NCBI GenBank assembly: GCA_964016885.1
Contig: OZ024740.1
Location: forward strand, 115,754,001 to 115,818,000
Direction of reading: 5' to 3'
DNA: 64,000 nucleotides
Origin: Eledone cirrhosa
Taxonomy: Eukaryota
Each line of letters starts with the position of its first letter. Positions within the stretch are counted from its first letter, which is position 1. Under the pieces are notes generated by a model. It did not search any database and had not been told where the DNA came from. It saw only the letters and a program-made list of their open reading frames with translations. The position numbers and the translations under genes are program-made. This document shows positions 50,600 through 64,000 of this stretch, in pieces.

Positions 50600-53158
50600 A
50601 TTGATGCTTTCGACAGTAAGGAAGAACATTTAGAGTCGGACAATATAGAGGGACAGTGGGAATTTCTGAAAGCAAACCTGCTGTTGGCGACAGACGAAGT
50701 CTGTGGCTGGAGCAGGCCTGTAGGCAGGAGGAGAGTAACATGATGGTGGAACAGTAAGGTGGAGGAGTCAATTAAGGCCAAAAAGCAGGCTTGGAAAGTA
50801 TGGCGGGATGGGGGAAGTAGAGTAGACTATCAATTAGCAAGGAGGGAAGCTAAGAGAGAAGTGTACTTAGCAAGAAGGGAAGCTGAGGAAAGAAAGTTCA
50901 AGCATGTCCTACAACGCGATGACCAAAAACGTGAGGTGTTCAGGATTGCTAGGCAATGCGTCAAGGAAAACCGTGATATTGTCGGGGAGAAGTGTGTACT
51001 TAACGATGATGGCATACTTGCCATCACCGACACTGATAAGAAGGTAGCTTGGAAGTGTCACTATGAAAGGCTACTAAATGAGGAGAATAAATGGGAGAAA
51101 GACAGTCTCCCCCATGTCGACCCAATAGAGGGACCAGCAGTGTTAGTCGAGGGGAGTATAATAAGTAAGGCAATCAAGGATATGAAGACAGGTAAGGCGG
51201 CTGGGCCTTCGGAAATAGTTGCTGAGATGCTGAAGGCATCTGGCACGGTGGGACACACCATGGTCACCCGCATAGTTAACCAAGTCGTACAGAATGGGGT
51301 TGTTCCGAAGGACTGGCATAGCAGCATCATCGTTAACTGTTATAAGGGTAAAGGAGACGCCCTAGATAGGAGTAACTATAGAGGCATTAAATTAATCGAC
51401 CAGGTCATGAAGGTCACGGAAAAAGTAATAGCGCAACTAATCAGAGAGAGAATTGACCTAGATGAAATGCAGTTCGGGTTTGTGTCAGGCAAAAGTACCA
51501 CAGACGCTCTTTTCATAGTACGACAACTACAGGAGAAGTTCCTAGCTAAAGGTAAACCCCTCTACTTAGCTTTTGTCGACTTGGAGAAAGCCTTCGACAG
51601 AGTCCCCCGCTCCATTATCTGGTGGGCTCTTAGAAAACTAGGCGTTGACGAATGGCTTGTGAGGGCTATACAAGCCATGTATAAAGAAACAGTCAGCAAG
51701 GTTAGAATTAACAACGAATATAGTGAAGAGTTTAGCGTAAAAGTTGGCGTCCATCAGGGCTCTGTTCTCAGCCCCCTACTATTTATTATTGCCCTTCAGG
51801 CTATAACAGAGGAGTTCAAGACAGGCTGCCCATGGGAACTCCTATACGCAGACGACCTGACACTCATAGCGGAATCAATGGCCGAGCTAGAGAAGAAATT
51901 CCAAACATGGAAGCACGGCCTAGAGTCAAAAGGACTTAAAATTAACCTGGCTAAGACCAAAGTTCTAGTTTGTAGGAAAGAAAACAAGGCGGCGGTCCCT
52001 TCTGGGAAATGGTCGTGCTCGGTGTGTAGGAAAGGCGTAGGTAGAAACTCCATTTTATGTCCTAAATGCAAAGTATGGGTGCATAAAAGATGTAGTGGGA
52101 TCACAGGTAAGCTAACTAAGAACATAGATTTTACATGTGGCCGGTGTTCTGGTGCAATAAGTAGCAGCAAGTGCCCACAAAATACTAGCTCTTTCAATTG
52201 CGCAGAGGGTTCTATAGAAATAGTGGACAGCTTCCGTTACCTGGGCGATAAAATCAGCAGTGGGGGAGGGTGCTCTGAAAGTACTGTAGCTAGAGTCAGA
52301 ACTGGTTGGAAAAAGTTCAGAGAGCTTATACCACTATTAGCTGCTAAAGGGTTCTCCCTAAAAATGAAAGGCAGGTTGTACGATGCCTGCATACGAACAG
52401 CAATGTTGCATGGCAGTGAGACCTGGGCATTGTGTGCAGAGGATATACGCAGACTAGAGAGGAACGAAGCTTGCATGCTCCGCTGGATGTGTAACAGTAA
52501 TATACGTGAACAGCAAAGCATAAACGAACTAAGGAAAAAATTAGAGATAAGAGGGATCAGATGTTGTATACTCGAGAGAAGGCTACGTTGGTATGGACAC
52601 GTGATGCGCATGAAAGTCGATAGCTGTATAACAAAGTGCAGGGCAATAAAGATAGACGGTAGCCACGGAATAGGCAGACCTAGAAAAACCTGGGACGAGC
52701 TGATAAACTCCGACCTCACACACTTACACCTCTCCAAGACAATGTCACTGGACCGAGACCTTTGGCGGTACTCAGTAACAGAGAAGACCCGCCTTGCCAG
52801 TAGGCATCTCTAACAAAATACACCCCGTCCCGCCACCACCCCCACCCATCCACACCACCCCGTCCTATGTAAAGTTATGTTGGTGCCGCGCCATCCAGGC
52901 CGAAACAAATGAGATCGTGTAGGTGTCACGACAAAAAAACACACAGTCCACGCTGTAATGTGGCCGTGTAGGCAACACGGTAAAAACCTCCCAGACCCAC
53001 ACTGTAAATGTGGTTGGTGTTAGGAAGGGCATCCAACTGTAGAAAACCTGCCAGACAGTCCTATGCGAGCAAGACAATCACTCTTGCCTCAAGTGGGACT
53101 ACCCCCGTCCAAACCCATGCAAGCGTGGAACACGGACGTTAAACGTTGATGATGATGA

Positions 53159-53163
<5 letters not shown>
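50600..53163 (+). mobile_element. Young RTE-clade LINE, 5'-truncated (ORF 50759-52813)
   Basis: Complete RT and C-terminus; upstream frame continues with TGA at 50741 in a T(W)WWN motif; no APE domain; (GAT)n tail; flanked by (TA)n. Confidence 0.95.
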
Positions 53164-53208
<45 letters not shown>

Positions 53209-53699
53209 TGAGAGAGAGATGAAGAGATTAGGATTTTTTCAACACATTGACATGTATGTGTATATGTATGCATATGTGTATGTGCATATACATCTATATG
53301 TATGAGTATATAACTATAATCGCGCAAACAGACAAACTTACAAAAATACACGCTCACGGACATACATTCACAGAAATACACATACTTTCACACAAACACA
53401 TACATACATTCACACATACATTTACACAAATAACACATTCACACATATACATTTACACAAACACACATACAGTCATCATAGCAGCGTTCGATAAATTGGA
53501 AATGGGAGAGCAAAATGAAGTACAACTTTTTATTTATTTATTAACAACACAGTTTAACTCTTCTTTTTTTTAAAACTCATTTGTATAAAAATTTAATATA
53601 ATGGTTACAGAACGAAAACACTAACAAATATAATATATACAAAGGAAAGGGAAAGGAAAAAAAGAAAGAGAAAAAATACACAAGCACATAATACCCACA

Positions 53700-54245
53700 T
53701 CTTGGACACAGAGAACAAAATGCAGGTGAAAGGTGTGGACAAATGAGCCGCTATCAGAGCAAAAGATAACAATATAGCTAGGAGCACTGGGAAACCTCTC
53801 TAATAATTTTTGAGGCAAGCCAGCATGCTCACAGCGTTACCTGGGGTGATGGCGAGTCTGAGGTGCTGGAACAACCAAGTGCTCTCACGAGCATCACCAG
53901 TTACCTCTGTTTTGGTTTTGCGAGCCACCAGTGAAGATAAGAACCTCGCTGTCAGTAGCCCGGCTGCCCCAAACGTCTCGAACGCGACAGGCTGGATAAT
54001 GTAGTTAACTGACAGAACGCGGTATTTTAGGATTTCGTTCTGTTCAGCTGCGGATGCTGTAGCTCTCGCCCTTACCGCTGCATCCAGGATGTGGGAAGAA
54101 GCAAAAGAGTCACTAACTGTGACGTCCCAGATAAGGCACCTGCCTCTTGACCAGGAGCACAGAGTAAGACTGACAAGTCTTTTCCCACCAATTCTGGACA
54201 ACCCAGAGGTTCTAAAATAGAGGGGATGTTTGCCCGGGCCAAAAC
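53700..54245 (-). mobile_element. CRE-like non-LTR 3' fragment (RLE domain)
   Basis: WSRGRCLIWDVTVSDSFA..ILKYR..QPVAFETFGAAG..FQHLRLAITPGNA. Confidence 0.7.
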
Positions 54246-54409
54246 TCTTAAGTGATAATAGGACAGTGTGTGCGCACGTGAGTTTATCGGCGTTCTTAAA
54301 TTAGAGGCATGTGTGTGTCACTGTTTTTAAGTTAGAGACCATATGTGTGTATCCCTTTCCTTCCTTTTACACACACACAAACACATACACATTGCGTGAT
54401 GGACGGATG

Positions 54410-55050
54410 GACAGAAGTCCCTCAAATTTATATACATGTGAATGGAATTCTACTGAAGCAGTTAGAGAAGTTCAAGTATCTCGGGGCCATGTTCATGAGT
54501 GATGGAATGCAGGAGGCTGAATTAAGTGGAAAAATTCAAAAAGCTGATGCAGTAATGCGCCAGCCTCAGCAATCAGGAGAGGGGAGGTCAGTGTAAAAGT
54601 CAAATTCGCTGTCTTCCTGGTATTCCTGCCAACTCTTACCGAGGATCATGAATCTTGGGTAATGACCAAAAGAATACAATTGCAAATAAAAGTGGCAGAA
54701 ATGGGGTTTCTCCAAAGGGTCTTTGGAGTAACGTTACTCGATAAAGTGCATAGCTCAGAGACCAGAGAGTCACTCCTGGTATAGCCGCTACTTCTCTGAA
54801 TTGAGACATCACAGCTCCGATAATATGGGCATGTGGTTAGAATGTCTCAGTAAAGAATTGCTGGACAGATTTTACAGGCAAAACCAACCAGCAAGATAGT
54901 TGGATAACATCCATGAGCTTGGCTGGTCACACTTTGGGATCCAGCTGGATCAGTTAGAGATGTTTGCTTCTGACAGACTCGCTGGAAGGAGTGTTTGAGA
55001 AGGACTCTGCCCCCACGACCCTCAGAAATAAGTGGACGAAGAAGAAGATA
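54410..55050 (+). mobile_element. RTE (Expander/Rex3-like) 3' fragment
   Basis: LKQLEKFKYLG..SDG; HESWVMT..AEMGFL; YGHVVRM; (GAA)n tail. Confidence 0.7.
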
Positions 55051-55451
55051 TTGTCAATTTACTTTTCAATTTACATATATCTATATGCATATATATTTGC
55101 ATATAATACCAATATGCACACTACACATGCTAGCAGAAAAATGCCCGTGGGCAGTTTTTCTCCTAGTATGCTTAATGACCTGAAATTTAAATAAAGTTGG
55201 TTTCCTTTGAAATTATTCTCCTATCATTTGAATGTATAACATCTAACCAAAACTTGTGTTGATACAACTATAAATTATAGAGTTCATAGACTTCATCAAT
55301 ATATGATAAAAGTTTCATATTTTTCCATACTGATCTTCATTAACTCTTTACTTTGAAGCTATATAATTTGTTGACAGTTGATATTAAATATCAGATATTA
55401 GAGGTTATCATGTAAAGAATGAAAGATAAACAATAAGTCAACTTCATACAT

Positions 55452-55973
55452 TGTTCAGAGACGTGCAACCAAGTGAATACCCTCCATCAGGCATCTACCA
55501 TACCCTGAATGCCTTACCTCCCTTGGCATGGATACATAGAAGCTCCGATGTCTGGCAACTGACTTGGTAAACACCCACAACATTATTAACCAACAACAAC
55601 CCTTAGTACCTTTTTGATTTCCATGAGTCTAACACACGTGGGCATGCCCACAAAGTTAGAAAACAGCACAGCTCCCATGACTTTCGGAAACATTTTTTCA
55701 TGCTCAGAGTTGCTGAAGCATGGAACAAACTACCTGCATCAGTTGTTAGCTGTCGAGACACTGCATCCTTTAAAACCTTCATGCTTCCTGAGATTCGCCA
55801 ACACTACACCTAATATTCCCCCTCCATACACACGCACACATGTATATCATGACTCATACATTATTCACTTCCCTGACATTTGTATATTATTCTATGTACT
55901 ATACATGCACCTTTGACGAGTTGTAGTGCAACTGAGCACTGTACACAATAATTTCGTTATTATTATTATTATT
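55452..55973 (+). mobile_element. CR1-like LINE 3' fragment
   Basis: VQRRATK, RGH..K, FF..RVAEAWNKLP; (ATT)n tail; absent at the paralogous site about 30030. Confidence 0.75.
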
Positions 55974-55983
55974 AAATGATAAT

Positions 55984-56148
55984 TGTTTCTACTTTAGGCA
56001 CAAGGCCAGCAATTATCCCAGTACATTACTGGTACTTATTTTATCGACCCCGTAAGGATGAAAGGCAAAGTTAACCTCGGCGGGATAAATGATAATTGTT
56101 TCTACTTTAGGCACAAGGCCAGCAATTATCCAGTGCATTACTGGTACT
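55984..56148 (-). mobile_element. Two serial family X SINE insertions
   Basis: TSD taaatgataat (55973-55983 and 56086-56096) and TSD ggcgggataaatgataat (56079-56096 and 56149-56166). Confidence 0.85.
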
Positions 56149-57970
56149 GGCGGGATAAATGATAATGATGGTGGTTATCTAGTGAACATGTGGTGTAACC
56201 AGTTGGTTGATGGTAGCTAACTTTGTATTAAGTGAACATGTGGTGTTACCAGTTGGTTGTTGGTAGCTAACTTTGTATTAAGTGAACATGTGATGTAGCT
56301 AGCTGGTTGATGGTAGCTAACTTTGTACATTAAATGATAATGATGGCGTTTATCTCGTGAACATATGATATAGCTAGCTGGTTGATGGTAGCTGAAAAAT
56401 TAATTAAAATATTGAAGTAATTTCTCAAATGATGAGTATTTAGTATTGCTTTGGTTTGTTAAAGCTAGTTGTCAGATCGGACCAAGTAAACTCTGTTTCC
56501 ATTGCTGATTCTATCTGTTTGTTGCAACTTCTGGCAGAAGGAGTAGTGTGATATAAAGTATTTAGATCAACAACACAATGTGCTGCCTGGTCCAGGAATC
56601 AAGCCCATGATTCTAAGATCATGAGTTCAACACACTAACTTGTGACTGGCAGTTAGTGTTAGTAATGGTAAGATCAATAAAAAAATTCTTTTCTTTCTCC
56701 AATCAAATGAACATCTGAATTAACAAATATTGACCCTACAAATTTATGCAAATCCAAAAGTTTTCATAAAATGTTTTTTTCAGAATCATCATCATCATTT
56801 AATATTCACTATTAAAAACTCCTTGTTATGCTACCGGTACACACACAAACTATCAGAAAAGTAACTATATGTATTATATATATATATATATATATATACA
56901 TGCCATGATCATTTTTTGTAGTCTGTGTTACCTTGTCTTTATGTTGAATGACACACTCTTTTACTCTTTTACTTGTTTCAGCCATCCGGCTGAGGCCATG
57001 CTGGGGCACCGTATATTTTCACATGCATTACACTTAAAACACCCTTGTAAACTTCTGAGAAAACGTTTCCTAATAAAAGATATTGAAATATACCAATTTG
57101 CTATTATGATGTCACTTTATTGTTGAATTATGCTTTAAACTATAAACAACTCTCCTAGATGGGCCAGGTGCCACATCTTGCTTACACATTTTCCAGATTT
57201 AACAGTTTCTACAGATGGATGTTTTTCTTAATGCCAACCACTTTACAGTGTCCTGGGAACATTTTATCTTGACACCAACACTAGAGATGTCATATCTTTC
57301 ATACAACTGAAGAGTCTTCTCAGCCCTTTGTTTGATATAGGCTCTATGGCTGGATGTCTTTCTTAATGTTAATCACTTTGCAAAGTGTACTGGATGCATT
57401 TTATTGCACAAGAGGTGTTGTCATGTCTGTAACATAATTGAAGAGTCTTCTCAACTGTTTTTGACATGGTTTCTGTGGTAGGATGCCTTTCTTAACCAAT
57501 TTACAAAGTGTGTTGGATGCATTTAATTGTAGCACCAACATTAGAGAAGTTGTCAGGTTGTTGATGTGACTGACCACCCCCTTAACTATGTTGTTGTTAC
57601 CAAGACTTACCCACTTCATGGAGAGTACAACATGTATTTTAATAGTGAGAGTAAAACTGGAGTGGATGCTTTATTCTAAGGTAAATATGTTTGAGAGTGA
57701 AAATAGAGGGGTGAGGTCAAGCCAGAACAGGTGTATGACAAGTGTGTGTGGGAGGTGATGTGAAGGAAAAGAAGGGAGTACAAAACATTTATTGTAACTT
57801 CATTTGCTATATGGATGGAGCTCAGATGGTGAGAGAAATAGGTGCAGCAGATATTAATTACAGTTGAGATGGAGGAAAGGGTAGAATTAGTTTTGGCTAT
57901 ATTGGGTGTATTGCTTTTATACAGGTGGGTGTGTTATCTCTAGCACTACATATCACCAATCATTATATCC

Positions 57971-58085
57971 CGAGTTCAAATCCCACCAAGGTTAACTTTG
58001 CCTTTCATCCTTACGGGGTTGATAAAATAAAGTAGCAGTAATACACTGGGATAATTGCTGGCTTTGTGCCAAAAGTAGAAACAAT
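57971..58085 (+). mobile_element. 5'-truncated family X SINE
   Basis: Absent at the paralogous site about 31790; flanked by attatatcc / attatattcc. Confidence 0.8.
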
Positions 58086-58094
58086 TATATTCCA

Positions 58095-58680
58095 TCTATG
58101 ACATTAGGTTCAGTATCCTAATGTCAATCGTCCCCATATCTTCCTGTCTCTACCTCTTCCACAAGTACCTCCCACTGACATTTTCTAGGCTCCTATATAT
58201 AGCTGTCATCATATACACGACATGACCATACCAACGTAGTCTTCTCTCTTGCACACTACATCAAGTTCTTATGTCTATTTTATTCTCTCAGTTCACCTAT
58301 ACTACATCATTCATGCACACCGTGTTTATAAATGTCCCAGAAGCACAGCATGTCAATACAGCACCCCTATAACTCCATCAGAAGTTATGGGTCCGTATAT
58401 ACATATAACATTACACATCCACTGGAGCATACTTGCTTTGTTTCTTTCTAGTCTTTCCAATTCTTCTGTAATCAAAACCCATGTTTCAATGCCATGCAGC
58501 ACTAGTTTGCACACAAGCATCATACAGCCTATTCTTCACTACGGGAGAGTAACCCTTTGATGTAATATTTCCCTGAACTCCTTCAACTCATTCTTATTCT
58601 AGCTACTATAATTATGGAGATTATTCATATATATCCCATCTGAATTTCCAGAACTATATCTACATTGGGGTCATAACTTT
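58095..58680 (-). mobile_element. Old RTE-like 3' fragment
   Basis: Minus strand remnants of LHGIETW and RLRWYGHV. Confidence 0.55.
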
Positions 58681-58954
58681 ACAATAATTTCATATATGGA
58701 TGTTAAAGTGGAAAATAACTAAACTAGGAATATAAACCTTGCCAAAAAAAAAAACATGAAACATGTTTCTTATTGATAACTTTGCTCCAATATTTTACTA
58801 AAGAAAGAATTATACATAATTTTTCTGCGATATTAATTTTCTGTATTTCTATGGTATGTTAATATGTATAAATAGCTCTTTTGATATTTTTATTTGTTCT
58901 AAAGTGTACCATACATAAAAAATGTTTGGGAACCACTGAGATATACTGCCTTTA

Positions 58955-59057
58955 TAATTGTTTCTACTTTTGGCACAAGGCCAGCAATTATTCCAGTGTA
59001 TTACTGGTACTTTATTTTATCGATCCCGTAAGGATGAAAGGCAAAGTTAACCTCGAG
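58955..59057 (-). mobile_element. Family X SINE
   Basis: Tail and core match other copies. Confidence 0.8.
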
Positions 59058-61671
59058 TGTAAGCTACTGGACAGTAAACAACGTTATAGAGTTATGTCCC
59101 TTACGATATGGAGTTATGTCCCTTGACATTTTTACTTTCAATTTGCCTACCACTAATATCAATGTTGTTCATCATTTCGAGGTCAATGCAATAAGTACCA
59201 GTCATATCAATGATAGTTCATTTACCACATCATCTTACTCTCATCATACTACTCTACCATCACATCTCACTATTACATTACCTTCATACCTCATCATACA
59301 ACCACCGCACAATTACTACAACCACACTACCATCATCTCATCCCTATCACCATACCACTAGAGAGATCTTGTGTAAAACAAACAGAGGAAGCATCTACTA
59401 CGGTACATGGGTTGTACTTTATTTATCGGCTCAAGAAGGATAAAAAGCAAAATTAACTTCGGCAAGATTTGAACTCAGAGCGTAGAGAACCAAAACAAAT
59501 ACCGTAAAGTTTTCTATCCGACGTTTTAACAATTCTGCCAAATCACCACCTTTCTCTGTTTTACTATAGTTAATTTGTGAAGGTGTCTGGTTTGGTGGCT
59601 AGTGTTTTTGGTTCACGATTGTAAGATTGTGAATTCGATCCCTCGTGGCGTGTTATATTTTTTTATTTGTCATTGCTACAGATCACTCAGCTGACAAAAA
59701 TGTGTTATACATGTAATTCAAAGGGTCAGGCTTGCCACAGTATGTCTGGATGAATTTCCACAATAACTACGTTAAGGGTACACGTGTCTGTGAAATGCTC
59801 TGTCACTTGTATGTTAATTTCTCGAGTAGGCCTCTTCCATTGTTGAAACAGCGGAAACTAACGTCAGAACCAACAGAGGTCCAACTCGCATAGAAGCTTA
59901 TTGATGAACCAAGTTTCCAGTGAAATAATTTTGGAGCTGTTGTGCTGTTCGACCTGCTAAAAATACCCACCAAATGTCTATCAAAGTACATCGATCACAT
60001 TAAAGAACAACAACGATAATTTGGATAATGTAGTCTTACAGTAAACCAGAGTAAATTAGATAGCATTGTAATTGTTGGAATACTTTTATATCATAAAACT
60101 GTCACATTGAAAGGAGAGCATTCTAAGGGAAATAACTCTTAAATTGACTTTATGGATTATATCCTTTTGGCCGTTAGTTTATCTAGTTCAGAATTTCCTT
60201 AAAATGTTTGGAGTCCGTTGAATTTTAAATTTCATAAAAAAAAAACTTTATTGAAGTATTTACTGGAAAGTTAAAGGTTTAAAGGCAACAACATTACATG
60301 TAGTTCTAAAGAAGGACATATCATTTCAAAGTGAATATGGCTATTTCATTGTGAGTTCACGTGATGTAAACAAAACACATAATATTTCTCTTCATAGAGA
60401 AAATATAGTTGGGAACACTTATAGTTGGTGAATATGATATTATAAACGAAAGCAAATAACTTCTTTTTAAACCACGATTCTGATTAGCTTGTTTCTAATG
60501 GAAATATTGAATTGTGAGTGAAATTGGATTGACAGAAACTGTTTGAAAGCCCGAATTGTGTTTGTAATTCAGAGGGTCAGCCTTGTCACACACATTGTCA
60601 CGATGAATCTCACTGAGAATTATCTTAAGGGTACACGTGTCTGTGGAATGCTCAGCATGTTACACACTGATTTTACGAGCCGGCTGTTCCGTTGATCGAG
60701 CAACCGGAACACTTGAAACACATCGGATAGACTGCGTCAGTAATTCAAAGGGTTTCACGATAAATACCCTTATGAATTCCTTAATGAGTACACCTGTCTG
60801 TGAAATACTTAGCCTCTTACGCGTCAATTTCACTAGCAGTCTGTTTCATTGATTGAACAACTGGAACACTCATCGTCGAAATCGGTGGAGATCCATTGCT
60901 GTTTCGTAGCCCCAGCTCAGCTCAATAATCAAATATGTTTTAACAATGTTGTAGTTCACCTGAGAACTGGACACAATAATTTCATTATATATTATATCAT
61001 AATGATCAACACGGTTTGTTTAATGTAGTGTATAATTAGATCCACAGTATCCTTCGTTTCTTTAGATAAAAGAGTATGATTTGAAGGAGACTTGCTGCTA
61101 TTTTTTGCATGTCGATCGACCATGTAGAGGCTCTTTCGTTATTGATGCTTGACTCCAAGTCAGCTCTGGTAATGTGTTATTATCCGGCTATTTATGTGTT
61201 ATTTTATATTTGTTTAGGCTGTTGTTATTTAACAACAGTTCGTTTCTAAACAAGCAGATCTATCACCAAATGTGTTCCAGCCATGACCATCTCGCTTCTC
61301 GTTTGTATCTTAGGGACTACATTATTATTATTAATTTTTTGTTATAAAGACAATAAGGTGTGGTTTGAGGAAGATTTTACTACTATGTTTTAATAGATGG
61401 ATCTACCACAATAGATGGATCTACCACATAACAACTCCATTATTAACTCGGGGAGGGGGGGGGGGAGAAAAAGGTCTTAAGGAATTGTTGGAGTAGTGTC
61501 TGTATCAACACATTCTGCTTCTTACCCAACTTTTCTTGAATTGTCCACTGAACATTCCTCTGACTCACAACAGTTTAACCTTTTTTTTAAACCATATTTC
61601 CAATGATAAACACTGCCTATAGGTATAAAATAATTTTGAAAATAATCACGAATTTGAGGGATTGTGGGTTG

Positions 61672-62082
61672 ACAGTACCGGTAGAGTGTCGGAAACATAC
61701 TTTGTGGCATATAGTTACGTCACTTTAAATTCTGAGTTCAAATTCCATCGAGATTAGCTTTGCCTTTCATCCTTACGGGGTCGATAAAATAAAGTACCAG
61801 TAATGTACTGGTTAATTGCTGGCCTTGTGCCAAAAGTAGAAACAATTATTAAGCTGGTATTTAGAGCAGTGTCGGTAAAACGTTGGACAAAATACTTTGA
61901 GGTATTTAATTACGAGTTTCTATTAATGCATTCTGAGTTCACATCCAGCCAAGGTAAACTTTGCTTTTCATCCTTTTAGTATCGATGAAATAAAATACCG
62001 ATCATGTACTGGGGTCGAAGATATCTAGCACCCCCACTCGAAAAAAATACTTGGTTTGTGTCTGAATTTGAAACAATTATTA
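61672..62082 (+). mobile_element. Head-to-tail pair of family X SINEs
   Basis: Two units, each ending gaaacaattattaag. Confidence 0.75.
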
Positions 62083-63739
62083 AGATGATATTTAGAACAT
62101 AATTTAACAAAGGTTCTTACATAAATTTATGGCGATAGGTTTTTAGATAAATATAAACACATTAAAGCAAACAGTTTTTCAATGTAGAGCCGTAGGCGGG
62201 GTCAGGCAGTTTCGTATCAAAAGGGTTAAATATTTGTTCGACATTTGGAAACTGTATTGTACATCGTTAAAGAGATTGACACTGTTGATAATATCCAATC
62301 TGGCATTTGTAATTCTTCAGAAAATATCTAGAAATGTAAGAAACAGTAAGAAATAACTACAACAACTATAACGATAATTTTAATGGTATGAAATATTTCT
62401 AATTTAGGTTGTTGTAAATATACCAAAGAATCTAGCGATAGATAAATATGTAGAGAACAGAGACAATATAAGACATTGTTATCTGTTTCCAACGATACTG
62501 ACAAAAATAACAATGAGGTTGAAATAAAGGATTATGAAGAAGAAAGGGAATTATTAAAAGAAAGAACAAGATTAAAGGAAAATACACTTGAGAAAATTAT
62601 GGTAACCAGATGGCAAGAGAAGTATTTGTGCTATCAGCATTGTATGAAAGCCTAAAGAATGAGCATAGACCACCTACATTCACACAATTTGATCCAAAAT
62701 ATAGGCTTAAAAACTGAGATTGAAGAGTACTTGATGACGCCTCAAGATCTGTGCCTGAAATAGCAATATATACCGCTAACATTCAAAGCACAGTGTCGTT
62801 AAATTTATGATCCTATGCTGAACACCCTAACCACTACGTGACGCGCCTTCTCATGCAAACTATAAACAACTTAACGTTAAAGTCACATCACTTGTTTGAC
62901 TTGGTAACTAAATGGCTAACCTTTTATTGTTATGAATCTTCCACGTGCTGTCTTAATATTTCGTCTTCTCCCAGCAAAAATGTACATATGAGCTGACTCG
63001 AGACGAAACGTACAGTAAAGTTGAACGTACTGACAGAGTCTTCAGGGTTAAATACTCAATCATAATTAGTATTGTCATCAGGGCCATTGATAGCCGTAAG
63101 CCTGAAACGTGTGATAGTCTTCTAGACTGTTAGACTGTGCCTTTCGTGGTTGTTACACTTACTCGTAAAAGTGAATGGCTTAGTTGTTAGTGTATCCGGC
63201 TCACGATCGTAAGATCGTCAGTTTAATTCTCGGTGGTTTGTTGTGTCGTTGAGCAAGAATCTTTATTTCAAGTTGTTTTAGTTTACTCAACTGGCAAAAA
63301 TGAGTTGTACCTGTAATTCAAAGGACCAGCCTTGTCACACACTGCTACGCTGAATCTCCCCGAGAAATACCTTAAGGATACACGTGTCGGTGGAATGCTC
63401 AGCCACTTGCACGTTAATTTCACGAGCAAGCTGTTCCGTTGATCGAATGAACTGGAAAATTTGTCGTTGGAACAGATGGAGGTCCAACACTTATGCACTG
63501 AACGTTCACAGCAAAGAAAGAAGAAAGAAAAAAAACAAAAAACAAAAAAACCTCTCAGATCTATTACTTACTGATGAAAATCGTATATATCCAAGATCGG
63601 CGCTATCATTAAGGCCAACTAGGCAGCCAGCTAGGGCGCATTATTGAACCACAAAGGATTACAGTTTTATATGAATTTGTGTAATTAAATAAAACATAAT
63701 AATTTCCTGTAATAAATCAATAAATAATATAAAACTAAC

Positions 63740-64000
63740 TATCATTGCTGTATAGCAGCGTTGTGGAAATATCCAAAGTGGTGGAGAAGGTTGTAATAGT
63801 GTTATGATCTGTTATATGACTTAGCGCGAGTCAGTGTGAACTGTGTAGTGGAAAATGCAGGCTTAATAATTTTCTTTGTGCAATCAGAGCAAGATATGTC
63901 AAAACTAGGTTTGTGAGCTTATCAAACTGTATTTGGGAGAATGGCTCGCTTAACTTCAGTGGCGCGCATTGTAGGGCTACCCCAAGGCTCTACATATCCA
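63740..64000 (+). mobile_element. Possible degraded LINE RT fragment
   Basis: Only VGLPQGS at about 63970-63990 supports this. Confidence 0.3.

Larger units (their letters stand above)
38615..60628 (+). repeat. Segmental duplication copy B
   Basis: See the block list under copy A. Confidence 0.9.

Noticed and set aside
50741-50743. TGA in the RTE frame as recoding or an alternative genetic code
   Set aside because: A single TGG>TGA in a 5'-truncated copy; other Trp codons are TGG.

Overview
AT-rich, microsatellite-dense eukaryotic DNA, not prokaryotic. The [11 protein letters not shown]-type C2H2 arrays, the SINE families and the RTE LINEs suggest a cephalopod (Octopus-like) genome; this is inference. 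The window holds a tandem cluster of three + strand C2H2 zinc-finger genes: the 3' end of one (3-824), a 5'-damaged copy (27623-29371) and an intact 24-finger copy (47607-49649). The last two sit in a recent tandem segmental duplication (about 4.8-33.1 kb vs 38.6-60.6 kb), which gives filled and empty sites for many insertions. The rest is mostly transposon sequence: two near-identical RTE LINEs in opposite orientation with an internal PHD-like finger, a Tx1/L1 LINE, Naiad- and Neptune/Poseidon-like Penelope elements, minimal hammerhead motifs, two Helitrons (one with 23-aa STPR-like repeats), hAT/piggyBac/Merlin remnants, CRE and CR1 fragments, and many SINEs. The most notable observations are fold-back SINE insertions, a strict ATAAT target for that SINE, hammerhead units with partner copies, finger loss and chimerism between ZNF paralogues, and many long inverted repeats. 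All alignments were done by eye; family names come from motif recognition, not database searches.
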